DNA from: Escherichia coli O127:H6 str. E2348/69
GTDB lineage: Bacteria > Pseudomonadota > Gammaproteobacteria > Enterobacterales > Enterobacteriaceae
Direction: 5' to 3' (one strand)
Length of the DNA stretch: 64,000 bases
Assembly: GCF_000026545.1 (NCBI RefSeq)
Contig: NC_011601.1
Shown here: positions 45,483 through 58,370 of the stretch, piece by piece
Numbering within the stretch: position 1 is the first letter of the stretch
Layout: every line of letters begins with the position of its first letter
The notes under the pieces: model-generated
Database searches by the model: none
Told to the model about the DNA's origin: nothing
Seen by the model: only the letters and a program-made list of their open reading frames with translations
Translations under genes and position numbers: made by a program

Positions 45483-46513
45483 TATTGCGGCTCAAGATTA
45501 GCGACTGCCGAAGCGCCGATGCGGAACATTTCCGGGTCAGGTTTTTCAACCATGATTTTGACCGGAAAACGCTGGGCAACGCGGACCCAGTTAATAGAAC
45601 GAGACACTTTCGGCAGGCCGCCCAGCACCAGGCCGCCGTCATCCGGTAGCACGCCGTAGCCAATCGAATCCACTTTACCCTCGAAGGTTTTGCCGCTGTT
45701 GCTCATCAGGCGAATCGTTGCGGGTGTACCTGAGCGAATATTTTTCAGTTCGGTTTCGCGGAAGTTGGCAATCACGTACCAGTGACGAGTGTCGATTAGG
45801 GTGAAAATAGGGCGCATCGCAGATGCAAACTGCCCGACGGAGGTTTTGAGGGAAATGACCCGGCCATCAAACGGCGCGCGAACGGTCGCCATTTCCAGAT
45901 GCAGTTTGGTCAGGGCAATATCTGCTTCCACTGCCGCACGCTGGGCAACTAATGCATCCACGCCGCTAACGGCGCTGGCGGCTGACTGCGCTTGTAACAA
46001 TACGGCATTAAGGTCCGCTTCTGCCGCACGCTGTGCGGTTCTTGCACGGTCAACCTCTTCCGCAGAAACAAAACCTTCTCGCAGTAGCGGTTCGGTACGG
46101 CGTAACGTATCGCTGGCTTGTTTAGCGGCGGCACGGGCTTTTTCTACCGTGGCATTAACCGAGTCGGCACCAAACTGTTGTGCGTCAACGCTACGCTGGG
46201 TGAGCATAATTTGCTTATCCAGCGCTGCGAGGGAGGCTTCAGCTTTCGCCAGATTGGCTTCGTACGGGCGCGGATCAATGCGGAACAGCAAATCGCCCTG
46301 TTTCACCGCCTGGTTGTCGGTGACCGCCAGTTCTACAATGCGACCGCTGACTTCCGGCACCACATCAATGGTATCTGCTGACGCGTAAGCGTCATTAGTT
46401 GATGGCGCACTGTCTACGCGCCAGATAACGAAAACAAGGGCAACCAGCGCCAACGCAACCACTAACAGAGCAGGGAATTTACTGCGAGGAGCTTTTTTCG
46501 GCGTACTTTCCAT
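45482..46513 (-). CDS. mdtN: Membrane fusion protein MdtN (HlyD/EmrA-like)
   Basis: 343 aa; single N-terminal TM then coiled-coil periplasmic domain. Confidence 0.9.
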   Translation of the reverse strand: MESTPKKAPRSKFPALLVVALALVALVFVIWRVDSAPSTNDAYASADTIDVVPEVSGRIVELAVTDNQAVKQGDLLFRIDPRPYEANLAKAEASLAALDKQIMLTQRSVDAQQFGADSVNATVEKARAAAKQASDTLRRTEPLLREGFVSAEEVDRARTAQRAAEADLNAVLLQAQSAASAVSGVDALVAQRAAVEADIALTKLHLEMATVRAPFDGRVISLKTSVGQFASAMRPIFTLIDTRHWYVIANFRETELKNIRSGTPATIRLMSNSGKTFEGKVDSIGYGVLPDDGGLVLGGLPKVSRSINWVRVAQRFPVKIMVEKPDPEMFRIGASAVANLEPQ

Positions 46514-46531
46514 GAGCGCGTCTCAAATAGA

Positions 46532-46807
46532 TTAGAAAAATACCAGCCAGAACAGCATGGCGTAGAGAGCAAAAAGGGCGGTATAAATAATTCCGACAAA
46601 TGCCAGATTGATATTTGTCCGCTGAATAATTCGCCTCGTGATGAGCGTCAAAATAAGGCTGGCAATGGCGCAGAAAAACCAGCCGGGATAATAAGCGCCG
46701 ATCACCGGGATTGCCGGAGATAATGAGCATCCCGAAACCATGAAGACGGGAATTATCCAGGCTGTTTTTTTGAGTTGCATCGCCATGCGAGAGAGAACTG
46801 TTGGCAT
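46532..46807 (-). CDS. ytcA: Small lipoprotein YtcA
   Basis: About 91 aa from MPTVLSRMAMQLKKTAWIIPVFMVSGC (lipobox); first gene of the mdtNOP operon. Confidence 0.75.
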   Translation of the reverse strand: MPTVLSRMAMQLKKTAWIIPVFMVSGCSLSPAIPVIGAYYPGWFFCAIASLILTLITRRIIQRTNINLAFVGIIYTALFALYAMLFWLVFF

Positions 46808-47015
46808 ATTAAATACATCCTGTCTGCTGCGAACAATATCTGTAGTGAATATCAATATCCATTGAAGGCGTCAGTATGGCTATTTTCTCGATGAATAAAA
46901 ATAGCTTTATTCAGCCACCACATTCATAACTTATATATTTTATGTATTAATTTGCTGTATATATTTTTAAAATAAATGTTTTTGGGGGCTTCAGCGCCCC
47001 CAAAAGCGAGTGACA

Positions 47016-49001
47016 TTAATTTGGGGTTACGATATTCACCCACAAATCGAAATTATCCAGACAGGCGATAATTTCTTCCAGTTTCGCGCCATTGCCAATA
47101 ATTTTGGCTTTCTTCGCTTTCACCAGATCGGCCATTTTTGCCTGTCCGGTCAGCACGGCGTGCAGATCTTCACGGCTGATGTAGAAAGAGGCGTCAGCTT
47201 GCGGTTGCAGTGTTTTACGGTAGTTAAGCACGCTATTGTTGAGTGAGAGGTTCAGGTTATCGTTGTCAGAGAGATTGAAGTTCAGGCTGATGGATTTGCC
47301 CGCGGCTTTCTCACTGTCCAGACGAACAGCCATGTAATCAAACAGCATCTCGACAGTCATACTCTTGATAGTGTCAGGAGAGGCGGTGCTGGCGTGTTCG
47401 ATTTTCTTCACGCCCTCACGAAGTTCTTTCGCTCCCGTCAGGTAGAAGCCGCGCCAGGTCGCTGATTCGGCCTGATAACCCAGTTGTTCGAAGGTATCGG
47501 CCTGTAGGTTTTTCGCCACCTGGTCTCCCGGATTGGCAGCAATCACCTGTTTCAGCAGTTCAGAGGCCCAGCGGTAGTCGCCCTGGTTATAGGCTTCACG
47601 CGCCAGATTGATAGCATGTGCGGAACCTCCCAGCGCTTTGACATAACGTTTACCCATATCGACCTGGCCATACGGATTCAGGTTTGCTGGGTTACCGTCG
47701 TAGTAGCCGAGGTAAAAGTTATATACCGCGCGAGCGTTATGACTGACGGAGCCATAATAGCCATGGCTGGCCCAGTTTTTATCCAGCGTTTCCGGCAGAT
47801 GAATCATGTTGCCGATTTCATTCATGGTGTAACCCTGGTTCGCCAGGTGCAGGGTTTGGTCGTGAATATACCTGATGGTGTCGCGATATTTTCCAATATA
47901 ATCATTGATATGCTGATTACCCCAGACCGGCCAGGTGTGCGGCATAAACAGTACTTCTGCTTGTGATCCCCACTTATCCAGCGTTTCGTTTAGGTAATTG
48001 GTCCACTTCGCGGTATCGCGGGTTTTCGCGCCACGCAGGGTGTAGAAGTTATGCAGGGTATGGGTGCTGTTTTCCGCTGTGCACAGGGCTTTCAACGCCG
48101 GAATATAGAGGTGCATTTCAGACGGCGCTTCGCTGCCTGGAGCCATCAGGAATTCGAAATCCAGCCCGTCGATATTGAGTTTCTCACCTGTCTTGGTGAT
48201 AGATCGCGTCGGCGCGATAATTGTCGGGTCGCCGGTAGTAAGCGTAACACCCAGCCCGTTGCCGATATCTCCCTGTGCATTATGCGGGAGTAGCAGGCCG
48301 TAAGAGTAAAATGCACGGCGACTCATGATATTACCCGCCAGCACGTTTTCACTGATGGCTTCGTCCATAAAGCCTGCCGGGGCGATGATCTGCACTTTGC
48401 CTGCTTTTACATCGGCTTCTGAGATAATACCTTTTACGCCGCCATAGTGGTCAGTGTGGCTGTGGGTGTAGATAACGGCCACAATCGGTTTTTGTGGGCG
48501 GTGTTTGAAATAGAGATTAAGGCTGGCTTTTGCTGCATTTGGCGTCACCAGCGGGTCAATGACGATGATGCCCGTATCACCTTCAATGAAGGTGATGTTC
48601 GAGATATCCTGGCTGCGCACCTGATACATGCGGTCGGTGACTTTAAACAGACCGGAGATGCCGTTTATCTGCGACTGACGCCACAGGCTGGGGTTTACGG
48701 TTTCCGGCGCAGCGGCATTAATATCAAATTTGTAATCGTCCGCGCGGTAGTAAACTTTACCGTTCGCATCACGCAGAATACCTTCATCCAGCAGCGGAGC
48801 GATAAATCCACGCTGCGCATCGTCAAAATCCTGACGATCGCTAAACGGTAATGATTTGGCGTAATTCTGATTAACCTGTTGGGTATATTGAGTGGCGGCT
48901 TTCGCTTCATCTGTTGCGTAAGCGGTATTTATCATCATGCCGCTGGCGGCAGTGAACGCAATAACAATCCTGCTCAAACGGAATAACCGAGAGTTATTCA
49001 T
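47016..49001 (-). CDS. yjcS: Metallo-beta-lactamase-fold alkyl/aryl sulfatase YjcS
   Basis: About 661 aa; signal peptide; HSHTDHYGG metal-binding motif. Confidence 0.9.
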   Translation of the reverse strand: MNNSRLFRLSRIVIAFTAASGMMINTAYATDEAKAATQYTQQVNQNYAKSLPFSDRQDFDDAQRGFIAPLLDEGILRDANGKVYYRADDYKFDINAAAPETVNPSLWRQSQINGISGLFKVTDRMYQVRSQDISNITFIEGDTGIIVIDPLVTPNAAKASLNLYFKHRPQKPIVAVIYTHSHTDHYGGVKGIISEADVKAGKVQIIAPAGFMDEAISENVLAGNIMSRRAFYSYGLLLPHNAQGDIGNGLGVTLTTGDPTIIAPTRSITKTGEKLNIDGLDFEFLMAPGSEAPSEMHLYIPALKALCTAENSTHTLHNFYTLRGAKTRDTAKWTNYLNETLDKWGSQAEVLFMPHTWPVWGNQHINDYIGKYRDTIRYIHDQTLHLANQGYTMNEIGNMIHLPETLDKNWASHGYYGSVSHNARAVYNFYLGYYDGNPANLNPYGQVDMGKRYVKALGGSAHAINLAREAYNQGDYRWASELLKQVIAANPGDQVAKNLQADTFEQLGYQAESATWRGFYLTGAKELREGVKKIEHASTASPDTIKSMTVEMLFDYMAVRLDSEKAAGKSISLNFNLSDNDNLNLSLNNSVLNYRKTLQPQADASFYISREDLHAVLTGQAKMADLVKAKKAKIIGNGAKLEEIIACLDNFDLWVNIVTPN

Positions 49002-49273
49002 ATAAATCTCCATTTATCATTTATGTCGTAAATATGTAATCCATGCAAAATACGTCATTTAAAGCTGGCGTTATCATAATTGGGAATTTGCGAATTTAAT
49101 AAGTGGAAGTGTGAGCGGAACGATCCATTTCATTAGGTATTTGTGCTGAAGAGGGAAAATTGCAGTAGAACTATCATTTCTGGGAATAATATGGGCTGTT
49201 TTATGTAACTATTATATATATTGTACCTGTCGTTGGCACCGCGAGACATTGCGCTACTGTGCCAACGCTTTAC

Positions 49274-50882
<1,609 letters not shown>

Positions 50883-50892
50883 GTTCAATTCC

Positions 50893-51873
50893 TTACTTAC
50901 TGATAAGACGGTCAAGGGCGACAGCCGCGATAATTAATCCGCCCATCACCACCAGTTGGTAATAGGTTTGTACCTGCAAAATATTCAGACCGTTGTTGAT
51001 GGTGCCGATGATCAACCCGCCAATCACCACAGAGAAAATGCGCCCCTTGCCGCCGAAGAAACTGGTGCCGCCAATGATGGCGCTGGCAATGGCATAGGTT
51101 TCAAAACCCATACCGGCAAGCGGTTCTGCGGCACCGAGTCGTGCAGTTGAGACGACGCCTGCCAGACCTGCACAAACACCGGAGATGATAAACACCACCA
51201 GAATGTGGAATTTCACGTCAATCCCGGAATAGAACGCCGAGTTTTTGTTGCCGCCCAGTGCGTAGATGTTGCGCCCGAGCCGCATACGCGTTGTCAGAAA
51301 CCAAAGGATGAGCGCGACAATTAGCGAGAAGATAACGGGGACAGGTATCCCAATTACGCTGGCGGCAAAGAAGTTCACGAAGTCAAATGAGAAGCCGTAT
51401 ACCGAGTTGGCATCGGAGATCACCAGCGTGATCCCACGGAAAATGGCGTTGGTACCAAGGGTGATAATAAATGGGTGTAGCCCCGTCCAGTTGACCAGGC
51501 AGCCGTTGATCGCCCCCAGTGCGCCGCCAACCAGTACACCGCCAATCAGCGCCGCGAGAAACGGGTCAACACCTGCCAACATCAGTTTGGCGGTCACCAT
51601 ACCGGAAAGCGCCAGAATCGCGCCAACCGAGAGGTCGATACCAGCGACCAGGATAGCGAAAAACTCGCCCATGCCGATCAATACCGTCACGGAGCTTTGC
51701 ACAAAAATCTGGGTAATATTATTGGTGGTCAGAAAATATTCTGGCGACAGCGAACCAAAAATGGCGACGATGATCGCCAGGATAAAAAAGGTGCCGTATT
51801 TATCCCAGAACAGCGCAAAGTTGAACGGTTTCTTCTCGCTCGCTTCGCTTTTTACTCGTGTGGTAAAGCCCAT
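50893..51873 (-). CDS. alsC: D-allose ABC transporter permease AlsC
   Basis: 326 aa polytopic membrane protein. Confidence 0.92.
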   Translation of the reverse strand: MGFTTRVKSEASEKKPFNFALFWDKYGTFFILAIIVAIFGSLSPEYFLTTNNITQIFVQSSVTVLIGMGEFFAILVAGIDLSVGAILALSGMVTAKLMLAGVDPFLAALIGGVLVGGALGAINGCLVNWTGLHPFIITLGTNAIFRGITLVISDANSVYGFSFDFVNFFAASVIGIPVPVIFSLIVALILWFLTTRMRLGRNIYALGGNKNSAFYSGIDVKFHILVVFIISGVCAGLAGVVSTARLGAAEPLAGMGFETYAIASAIIGGTSFFGGKGRIFSVVIGGLIIGTINNGLNILQVQTYYQLVVMGGLIIAAVALDRLISK

Positions 51874-53384
51874 GCCATAATCTCCTCTTCGCTCATGTCA
51901 TCGCGATTGGTCAGGATTTGCGTCAGTCGTCCTTCGCAGAACACGGCGATGCGGTCGCAGACGGTGATAATTTCAGGTAGTTCAGATGACACCATCAGGA
52001 TGACTTTTCCGTCGTCCGCCAGTTGGCGCATCACTTTGTAAATTTCGGCTTTCGCGCCAACGTCGATGCCACGGGTAGGTTCATCGAAAATGATCACTTC
52101 CGGGTGACAGCACAGCCATTTGGAGATCAGGACTTTCTGCTGATTCCCCCCGGAGAGTTCGGTGATATTCTGGTTTATCGAATGACATTTCAGCGCCAGC
52201 AGTTCGCGTTGATTTTCAGCGGTACGTTGCTCGTCAACTTCATGAAACAAGCCCATCGCGCCTTTATAGCCGCCGTCTTTCAGACTGCGGCTGATCGCCA
52301 TGTTCTGAGCGATGGAAAAGTTGGGGAAAAAACCGTTATCCCGGCGGCTTTCAGTGATGTAAGCCATCCCTTTTTTCACGGCATCCAGGGGTGAGCGTGG
52401 AGAGATATCTTTGTCATTAAGACGGATTTCTCCGCCAGCGCGTTTATCAACGCCAAACAGGCAGTTCATCAGTTCAGTACGTCCGGAACCGACCAGTCCG
52501 GCAAAGCCTAATATTTCTCCCCGGCAGACGCTAAATGAGATATCCCGGACCTTTTTTCTGTCACGGCTGGTGACGTTGCGCACCTCAAAAACCGTATCGT
52601 GCGCAAGGTTGCTGACATTCTCCTTCATCGCGTTAAAACGGTTTTGCAGTTCGCGGCCTACCATCAGACGGACGATATCGTCATTTGACACATCGCTCAC
52701 CATGCCGCTGCAAACGCTGCTGCCGTCTTTCATCACCGTATAGCGGTCGCAAATACGGCGAATTTCCGCCAACTTATGCGAGATATAGACGATGGCCGTA
52801 CCCTCTTTACGCAACTGATTCATGATCAGAAACAGATAGTCCACCTCTTTATTGGTGAGTGAGGAGGTGGGTTCATCCATGATGATGACTTTGGCGTCGA
52901 GCATCAGCGTTTTGGCAATTTCCAGCATCTGCTTGTGGCTGATAGATAAGTTCGCCACTTTCTCATCTAAATCAACTTTCAAGCCCACGCGTAATAACAT
53001 CATGGCGGCGCGGACACGCATTTCTCGCCAGTCGATAATATTGACGCCACAGATTTTTTTCGTCAGATGACGACCAATATATAAATTTTCCAGTACGGTT
53101 AATTCATCAATAACGCTGAGTTCCTGATAAATGATCCCGATACCGAGTTGTGTCGCTAATTTATGATCCAGCTTGTTATAGTTAATGTTATTAATGGTAA
53201 TGGTGCCTTTGGTTGGCTCATGTATTCCGGATAACACTTTCATTAGCGTGGATTTACCCGCGCCATTTTCTCCTAGTAATGCATGTATTTCACCAGGATA
53301 AACCGTTAAATTAACCGACTTTAATGCGTGAACCGGACCAAAGGACTTGCCGATCCCCGCCATCGATATATATGGCGTGGCCAT
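51852..53384 (-). CDS. alsA: D-allose ABC transporter ATP-binding protein AlsA (duplicated ABC ATPase)
   Basis: 510 aa with two Walker A motifs (GENGAGKST, GLVGSGRTE). Confidence 0.92.
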   Translation of the reverse strand: MATPYISMAGIGKSFGPVHALKSVNLTVYPGEIHALLGENGAGKSTLMKVLSGIHEPTKGTITINNINYNKLDHKLATQLGIGIIYQELSVIDELTVLENLYIGRHLTKKICGVNIIDWREMRVRAAMMLLRVGLKVDLDEKVANLSISHKQMLEIAKTLMLDAKVIIMDEPTSSLTNKEVDYLFLIMNQLRKEGTAIVYISHKLAEIRRICDRYTVMKDGSSVCSGMVSDVSNDDIVRLMVGRELQNRFNAMKENVSNLAHDTVFEVRNVTSRDRKKVRDISFSVCRGEILGFAGLVGSGRTELMNCLFGVDKRAGGEIRLNDKDISPRSPLDAVKKGMAYITESRRDNGFFPNFSIAQNMAISRSLKDGGYKGAMGLFHEVDEQRTAENQRELLALKCHSINQNITELSGGNQQKVLISKWLCCHPEVIIFDEPTRGIDVGAKAEIYKVMRQLADDGKVILMVSSELPEIITVCDRIAVFCEGRLTQILTNRDDMSEEEIMAWALPHE

Positions 53385-53416
53385 AAATAACCTCTCTGCA
53401 CGAAATATCGTATTAT

Positions 53417-53505
53417 TGCCTGATGGGCTACACTTATCAGGTCTACGTTCAGGTTATTTTGTTGGCCGGATAAGACACTTCATTAGCATCACTATCCGGC
53501 ATCAT
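53417..53505. repeat. REP-like palindromic elements between alsA and alsB
   Basis: GCCTGATGGGCTACACTTATCAGGTCTAC and GGCCGGATAAGACACTT...TCCGGCATCA motifs. Confidence 0.65.
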
Positions 53506-53511
53506 TCAGTT

Positions 53512-54447
53512 TTATTGAGTGACCAGGATTGAATCGACCAGTTTAAATTCCGGTGCTTTATCCAGCGGGATAACCTTGCCGGATTTCTCAGCGTCAACCA
53601 TCAGCTTCAGACCCGTTGCACCGATATCCGCCGGGTTCTGGGCAACCGTCGCGGTCATTTGTCCGGCTTCCACCATTTTGCGGGCTTCCGGAATTCCATC
53701 TGTACCGACGACCAACACTTTGCCCGTTTTTCCAGCGTTTGCGACTGCCTGAGCAACACCCATTGCCATCGTGTCATTCGCGCAATAGATCGCTTTAATA
53801 TTCGGATTACGTTGCAACACGTTAGTGGCGACATCCAGTGCTTTAATGCGGTCCCAGTCGGCAGGCTGGCTGGCGACAAGCTTGATCTGGCTTGCTTTTT
53901 TGAAGGCTTCGGTGGCACCATTACGACGCGCTTCACCGGAGGCGTTACCGGCTTTACCCTCAATGATTGCGACTTCACCCCCTTCGGCACCCAGCTTGTC
54001 AATAATCAATGACGCGCCTTTCGCCCCGACGGCAACATTATCGGTGGTGACAAAACCTTCCACATTACCGCCTGCTTTTTTCAGATTATCCATGTCGATT
54101 TTTTCATCGAGATTGACCAGATAAATGCCTTTTTTCCATGCGCGGGCAACAGGCATGACCAGGTTCACTGAGGATAATGGTGCGAAGGCGATACCTTTGT
54201 AATTTTTATTACTGAGATCTTCAAATAACTGCAATTGAGATTGAAAATCGCCTTCTGAAGGAGAGGCAAAAATATCAACGCTGACGCCCAGCGTTTTTGC
54301 TTCATCTTCAATGCCTTTTTTCATATCTACCCAAAATGGATTGGAGAGTGTTTTCAATACGACGGCATATTCGGCGGCAGCAAAAGCGCTGGTTGACAAC
54401 ATTAAGCCCACGAGTGTGCCGCTGAAATATTTCAGATATTTATTCAT
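53512..54447 (-). CDS. alsB: D-allose periplasmic binding protein AlsB
   Basis: 311 aa from MNKYLKYFSGTLVGLMLSTSAFA. Confidence 0.92.
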   Translation of the reverse strand: MNKYLKYFSGTLVGLMLSTSAFAAAEYAVVLKTLSNPFWVDMKKGIEDEAKTLGVSVDIFASPSEGDFQSQLQLFEDLSNKNYKGIAFAPLSSVNLVMPVARAWKKGIYLVNLDEKIDMDNLKKAGGNVEGFVTTDNVAVGAKGASLIIDKLGAEGGEVAIIEGKAGNASGEARRNGATEAFKKASQIKLVASQPADWDRIKALDVATNVLQRNPNIKAIYCANDTMAMGVAQAVANAGKTGKVLVVGTDGIPEARKMVEAGQMTATVAQNPADIGATGLKLMVDAEKSGKVIPLDKAPEFKLVDSILVTQ

Positions 54448-54505
54448 AATCATGTTCTCACGGTAAGGGGAGAGGTAACTCCGCGATGGCGGAATTACCT
54501 TTTTC

Positions 54506-55396
54506 TTATTTCAGCGCGCCTGGTGAGAAGAAATCAACAATTGCGCCGGTTTTTTGCATATTAATATTAGCTTGTTCAATGTTGAGCTGGGCGACAGAGA
54601 CAAAAAACGCGTCCAGCAAAGTCAGTTGTAATATTCTTGCCGAGGCATTACGACCTAATAACGGTGTTTCCGGGGCCGGTGAGCAAATAATATAATCGGC
54701 CAGCTTCGCTATTGGTGAATGATAGCTATGCGTTATACAAATAATCTTTGCCCCGTTCTTTTTTGCCAGTTCTACAGCCGCTTTTACATCACTGGTTCGC
54801 CCGGAATGGGTCACCACCAGCACCACATCTCCTTCCTGTAACAACGAAGCAGACATCATCATGATGTGAGCGTCCGGATAGGCCTGGCAGCGTACGCCAA
54901 TGCGCAAAAACTTGTGCTGTACATCAGCACAGATAGCATTTGATCCTCCGGCACCGTACAAATCCCGCTGTCTGGCCTGATAGAAAAAGCGGGCGGCACG
55001 GTGGATCTCATCAACGTTGACGATCGACTGACCTTCCATAATGGTGCGTAAAGTGATGTTAAATACCTTATTCACCACATCCTGCGGCGCTTCATCAAAA
55101 GCCAACTCGGAAGGCAATACTTGTTCTGACTGAGAAAAATAATCTTCCAGCGCACTGCGTAAGTTACGAAAGCCGCTAAACCCCAGCAGCTTTGATACCT
55201 TAACGATCATCGCTTCAGATACCGCCAGAGCTTCTGCGACATCTTTAATTGCGGGTGCACAACTCAGGTTACCGGGTTTGAGTAACCACTCCACGATGCG
55301 GCTTTCGTTTTCTGTCATTCCTTCCTGCTTCATTCGCAGGTAAGGCGCTAACCCGATACCGTTCGGAAGCGCTGAATCAAACTCTGACTGGCTCAT
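54506..55396 (-). CDS. rpiR: RpiR/AlsR transcriptional repressor (HTH + SIS domain)
   Basis: About 296 aa from MSQSEFDSALPNGIGLAPYL; track start 55429 is an extension. Confidence 0.88.
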   Translation of the reverse strand: MSQSEFDSALPNGIGLAPYLRMKQEGMTENESRIVEWLLKPGNLSCAPAIKDVAEALAVSEAMIVKVSKLLGFSGFRNLRSALEDYFSQSEQVLPSELAFDEAPQDVVNKVFNITLRTIMEGQSIVNVDEIHRAARFFYQARQRDLYGAGGSNAICADVQHKFLRIGVRCQAYPDAHIMMMSASLLQEGDVVLVVTHSGRTSDVKAAVELAKKNGAKIICITHSYHSPIAKLADYIICSPAPETPLLGRNASARILQLTLLDAFFVSVAQLNIEQANINMQKTGAIVDFFSPGALK

Positions 55397-55749
55397 CACG
55401 TTCTCTTGTCCTTGAATTGAAGACGCCACTATATCACCACAGCAAGAACAGAAAAGATGCTGGCAACTTCACAAAAAAATAAAATTTATAAAGTTTGTTT
55501 TGTTGTGAATAATGGAGAGTGGCTTAAAATTTCATTTAATCACTTTAAAAACATGATGTTATTTGTTTTTCTGGTTTATTGGATGATAGATGTTGCTGGA
55601 TAGTGAGTGTCTTTAACGCTATTGCGCTGCCAGATGTAACTCTGTAAAACAGATCAGGAAGGCGGATTTCATCGATTTTGGGTGTTTTTAATTCATTTAC
55701 ATCACAAATGTTTTTTTATTGTGAAGTTTTGCGCGGGCGGGGAAGATGA

Positions 55750-56199
55750 ATGAAAAAGATTGCATTTGGCTGTGATCATGTCGGTTTCATTTTAAAACAT
55801 GAAATAGTGGCACATTTAGTTGAGCGTGGCGTTGAAGTGATTGATAAAGGAACCTGGTCGTCAGAGCGTACTGATTATCCGCATTACGCCAGTCAAGTCG
55901 CACTGGCCGTTGCTGGCGGAGAGGCTGATGGCGGGATTTTGATTTGTGGCACTGGCGTCGGTATTTCGATAGCGGCGAACAAGTTTGCCGGAATTCGCGC
56001 GGTCGTTTGTAGCGAACCTTATTCCGCGCAACTTTCGCGGCAGCATAACGACACCAACGTGCTGGCTTTTGGTTCAAGAGTGGTTGGCCTCGAACTGGCA
56101 AAAATGATTGTCGATGCGTGGCTGGGCGCACAGTACGAAGGCGGTCGTCATCAACAACGCGTGGAGGCGATTACGGCAATAGAGCAGCGGAGAAATTGA
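55750..56199 (+). CDS. rpiB: Ribose-5-phosphate isomerase B / allose-6-phosphate isomerase RpiB
   Basis: 149 aa; MKKIAFGCDHVGFILKHEIVAHL... Confidence 0.95.
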   Translation: MKKIAFGCDHVGFILKHEIVAHLVERGVEVIDKGTWSSERTDYPHYASQVALAVAGGEADGGILICGTGVGISIAANKFAGIRAVVCSEPYSAQLSRQHNDTNVLAFGSRVVGLELAKMIVDAWLGAQYEGGRHQQRVEAITAIEQRRN

Positions 56200-56267
56200 G
56201 ATTCATCCACTACTTGCATGGATGAGTAATGACTAATGTGGATAGAGTTTCTTTTTGAGGTTGGCTA

Positions 56268-56597
56268 ATGAAACGCTTTCCGCTATTTCTTTTATTCACC
56301 CTGTTCACGCTGTCCACCGTTCCGGCCCAGGCCGATATTATCGATGACACCATTGGCAATATTCAGCAGGCGATTAACGACGCTTATAACCCTGACCGTG
56401 GGCGAGACTATGAAGATTCGCACGACGACGGCTGGCAGCGTGAAGTGAGCGACGATCGGCGCAGACAATATGACGACCGCCGCCGCCAGTTTGAAGATCG
56501 CCGCAGGCAGCTGGACGATCGCCAGCGCCAGCTGGATCAGGAGCGTCGGCAGCTAGAAGATGAAGAGCGGAGAATGGAAGATGAGTATGGGCGGTGA
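56268..56597 (+). CDS. yjdP: Small secreted low-complexity protein YjdP
   Basis: 109 aa; signal peptide then charged D/E-RRRQ heptad-like repeats. Confidence 0.75.
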   Translation: MKRFPLFLLFTLFTLSTVPAQADIIDDTIGNIQQAINDAYNPDRGRDYEDSHDDGWQREVSDDRRRQYDDRRRQFEDRRRQLDDRQRQLDQERRQLEDEERRMEDEYGR

Positions 56598-56631
56598 TGT
56601 TGAGTTTAGAGCAGGCATCGCCCCTCACCCA

Positions 56632-57390
56632 TCACGCCACCCCAATCTCCATCCCATCAAACCCCGCCTCAAACCCCGACGGCAGTGCGTTTTCCATCAG
56701 CCACGCATCAAACTGGTGGTTGATATGGGTCAGAATCACCCGTGGCGAGCGGATAACCTGATTCAGCGCAAGCACGGTATTTAAATCACAGTGATTACGC
56801 GGTGCATCCTCGCGCGGCGGGTGGCTGCAATCAATCACCATTACCTGCGGCTGATTATTGCGTAAAAATTTCAGCGTTTTTTCCGGCAAGCCAGCGGTGT
56901 CAGACAGCCACGCCACCCGGCTGTGTGCCGTTTCCAGCAGATAACCGAAGGTCAGTTTTGAGTGGTTGAGCGGCAGGGGCGTGACCTGTAACCCCTGTAA
57001 ATCAAACACCACAAACGGTTCCATCGTGTGGCTGAAATCAAGCAGGCCCGGATGTTTAAACAGATCGTCGCAGCCCTGTTCATCCGGCGGGCCGTAGACC
57101 GGGATCTGATCGCCCACGCCCCAGCGCAGCGGAAACAGCCCCTGGACGTGATCCATATGATAATGCGTCAGCAAAAACTGCTGGAACGATCCGGGAGACC
57201 AGCGATCGGCGAGATCGTGCAGCCCGGCGTCGATCAGGGTGATCGCCCCGTTAAACTTCACTACGCCGCTGCACGGCTGGCGGCGATACTGCGGTGAGCG
57301 CAGCGCTCTGACGCAGGCTACGCACTCGCAGCCCCATGCCGGAACGCCCTGTGCGCCGCTGGTGCCGGTGAGCGTGAGGGTCAGGCTCAT
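56632..57390 (-). CDS. phnP: Phosphoribosyl 1,2-cyclic phosphate phosphodiesterase PhnP (metallo-beta-lactamase fold)
   Basis: 252 aa from [23 protein letters not shown]; HYHMDH motif. Confidence 0.92.
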   Translation of the reverse strand: MSLTLTLTGTSGAQGVPAWGCECVACVRALRSPQYRRQPCSGVVKFNGAITLIDAGLHDLADRWSPGSFQQFLLTHYHMDHVQGLFPLRWGVGDQIPVYGPPDEQGCDDLFKHPGLLDFSHTMEPFVVFDLQGLQVTPLPLNHSKLTFGYLLETAHSRVAWLSDTAGLPEKTLKFLRNNQPQVMVIDCSHPPREDAPRNHCDLNTVLALNQVIRSPRVILTHINHQFDAWLMENALPSGFEAGFDGMEIGVA

Positions 57391-57391
57391 A

Positions 57392-57826
57392 TTACAGCGC
57401 CTTGGTGAAGCGGAAGTGGCTCTGCTCGTAGCCTTCACGCAGGTAAAAACGGTGCGCGTCGTGGCGCTTGACGTTGGTGGAAAGCTCGGTCATTTCGGCC
57501 CCAGCCTGGCGGGCTTCTTCTTCTGCCCATGCCAGTAATTTACTGCCGACGTTCAGACCGCGTGCCTGCGGCATCACCACCAGTTCCTGAATTTCGCCGA
57601 TCCAGTTGACATGATGCAGATGAAACTGCAAATGCAGGCCGATCATGCCGACAACCTCGCCATCCAACAGCGCCAGATGGTAGCGCATATTCGGGTCACG
57701 CAGGTTGGCGTTAAAGCCCACGCGAAACGCCTGGTGGTCAAACTCCGCTTGTTTTAGCTCACAAATCAGCGCGTAAACCGCGTCGGTGTCGTACTGCGTT
57801 GCCGGGCGAAGCTCACAAGCAGGCAT
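57392..57826 (-). CDS. phnO: Aminoalkylphosphonate N-acetyltransferase PhnO (GNAT)
   Basis: 144 aa. Confidence 0.92.
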   Translation of the reverse strand: MPACELRPATQYDTDAVYALICELKQAEFDHQAFRVGFNANLRDPNMRYHLALLDGEVVGMIGLHLQFHLHHVNWIGEIQELVVMPQARGLNVGSKLLAWAEEEARQAGAEMTELSTNVKRHDAHRFYLREGYEQSHFRFTKAL

Positions 57827-58370
57827 GGTGTTTCTCCTTCTGATGAATCAGCGTCAGCAGCGTGTCGACCGACTGGCGCAGGCTGCCGTCATTATTGAGC
57901 GTAAGACAATCCTGAGGAGTATAGCGGGCAGCGCGCGCCAGCCGGGCGTTAATTTCACTGGCATTTTCACGACCACGGTTTTCCAGGCGCTGGCGCAGGA
58001 TCTCTGGCGAAACCTGTAAACAAACGGGCAGCAGCGCCGATTGATAGCGCGCCCGCGCCTGCGGCAGATGGGCGCGTGAGCCGTTGACCACCACGTCAAA
58101 TCCAGCGTGCAGCCAGAGGTCAATCTCGACGCCGACGCCATAATACAGACCGTTAGCGTGCCAGCTTAAGGCCAGAAGGTTCTGCCCCGCGCGGGTAAAA
58201 AACTCCTGCTCGCTCAGGGCGATATGGTTTTCACTTCCGGCGCTGGCGGCGCGCGTGATGTAGCGATGCGCTACCAGTAGCTGAGTTTGTTCCCGCTGGC
58301 GGAGTTCCGTCAACAGACTGTCTTTTCCGGAGCCAGAGGCCCCCATTAACCAAATCAGTTTTCCCGTCAT
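57813..58370 (-). CDS. phnN: Ribose 1,5-bisphosphate phosphokinase PhnN
   Basis: 185 aa; P-loop GASGSGKDS. Confidence 0.92.
   Translation of the reverse strand: MTGKLIWLMGASGSGKDSLLTELRQREQTQLLVAHRYITRAASAGSENHIALSEQEFFTRAGQNLLALSWHANGLYYGVGVEIDLWLHAGFDVVVNGSRAHLPQARARYQSALLPVCLQVSPEILRQRLENRGRENASEINARLARAARYTPQDCLTLNNDGSLRQSVDTLLTLIHQKEKHHACL

Noticed and set aside
45789-46388. 199-aa plus-strand ORF (Ala/Ser-rich)
   Set aside because: Antisense to mdtN; low-complexity product
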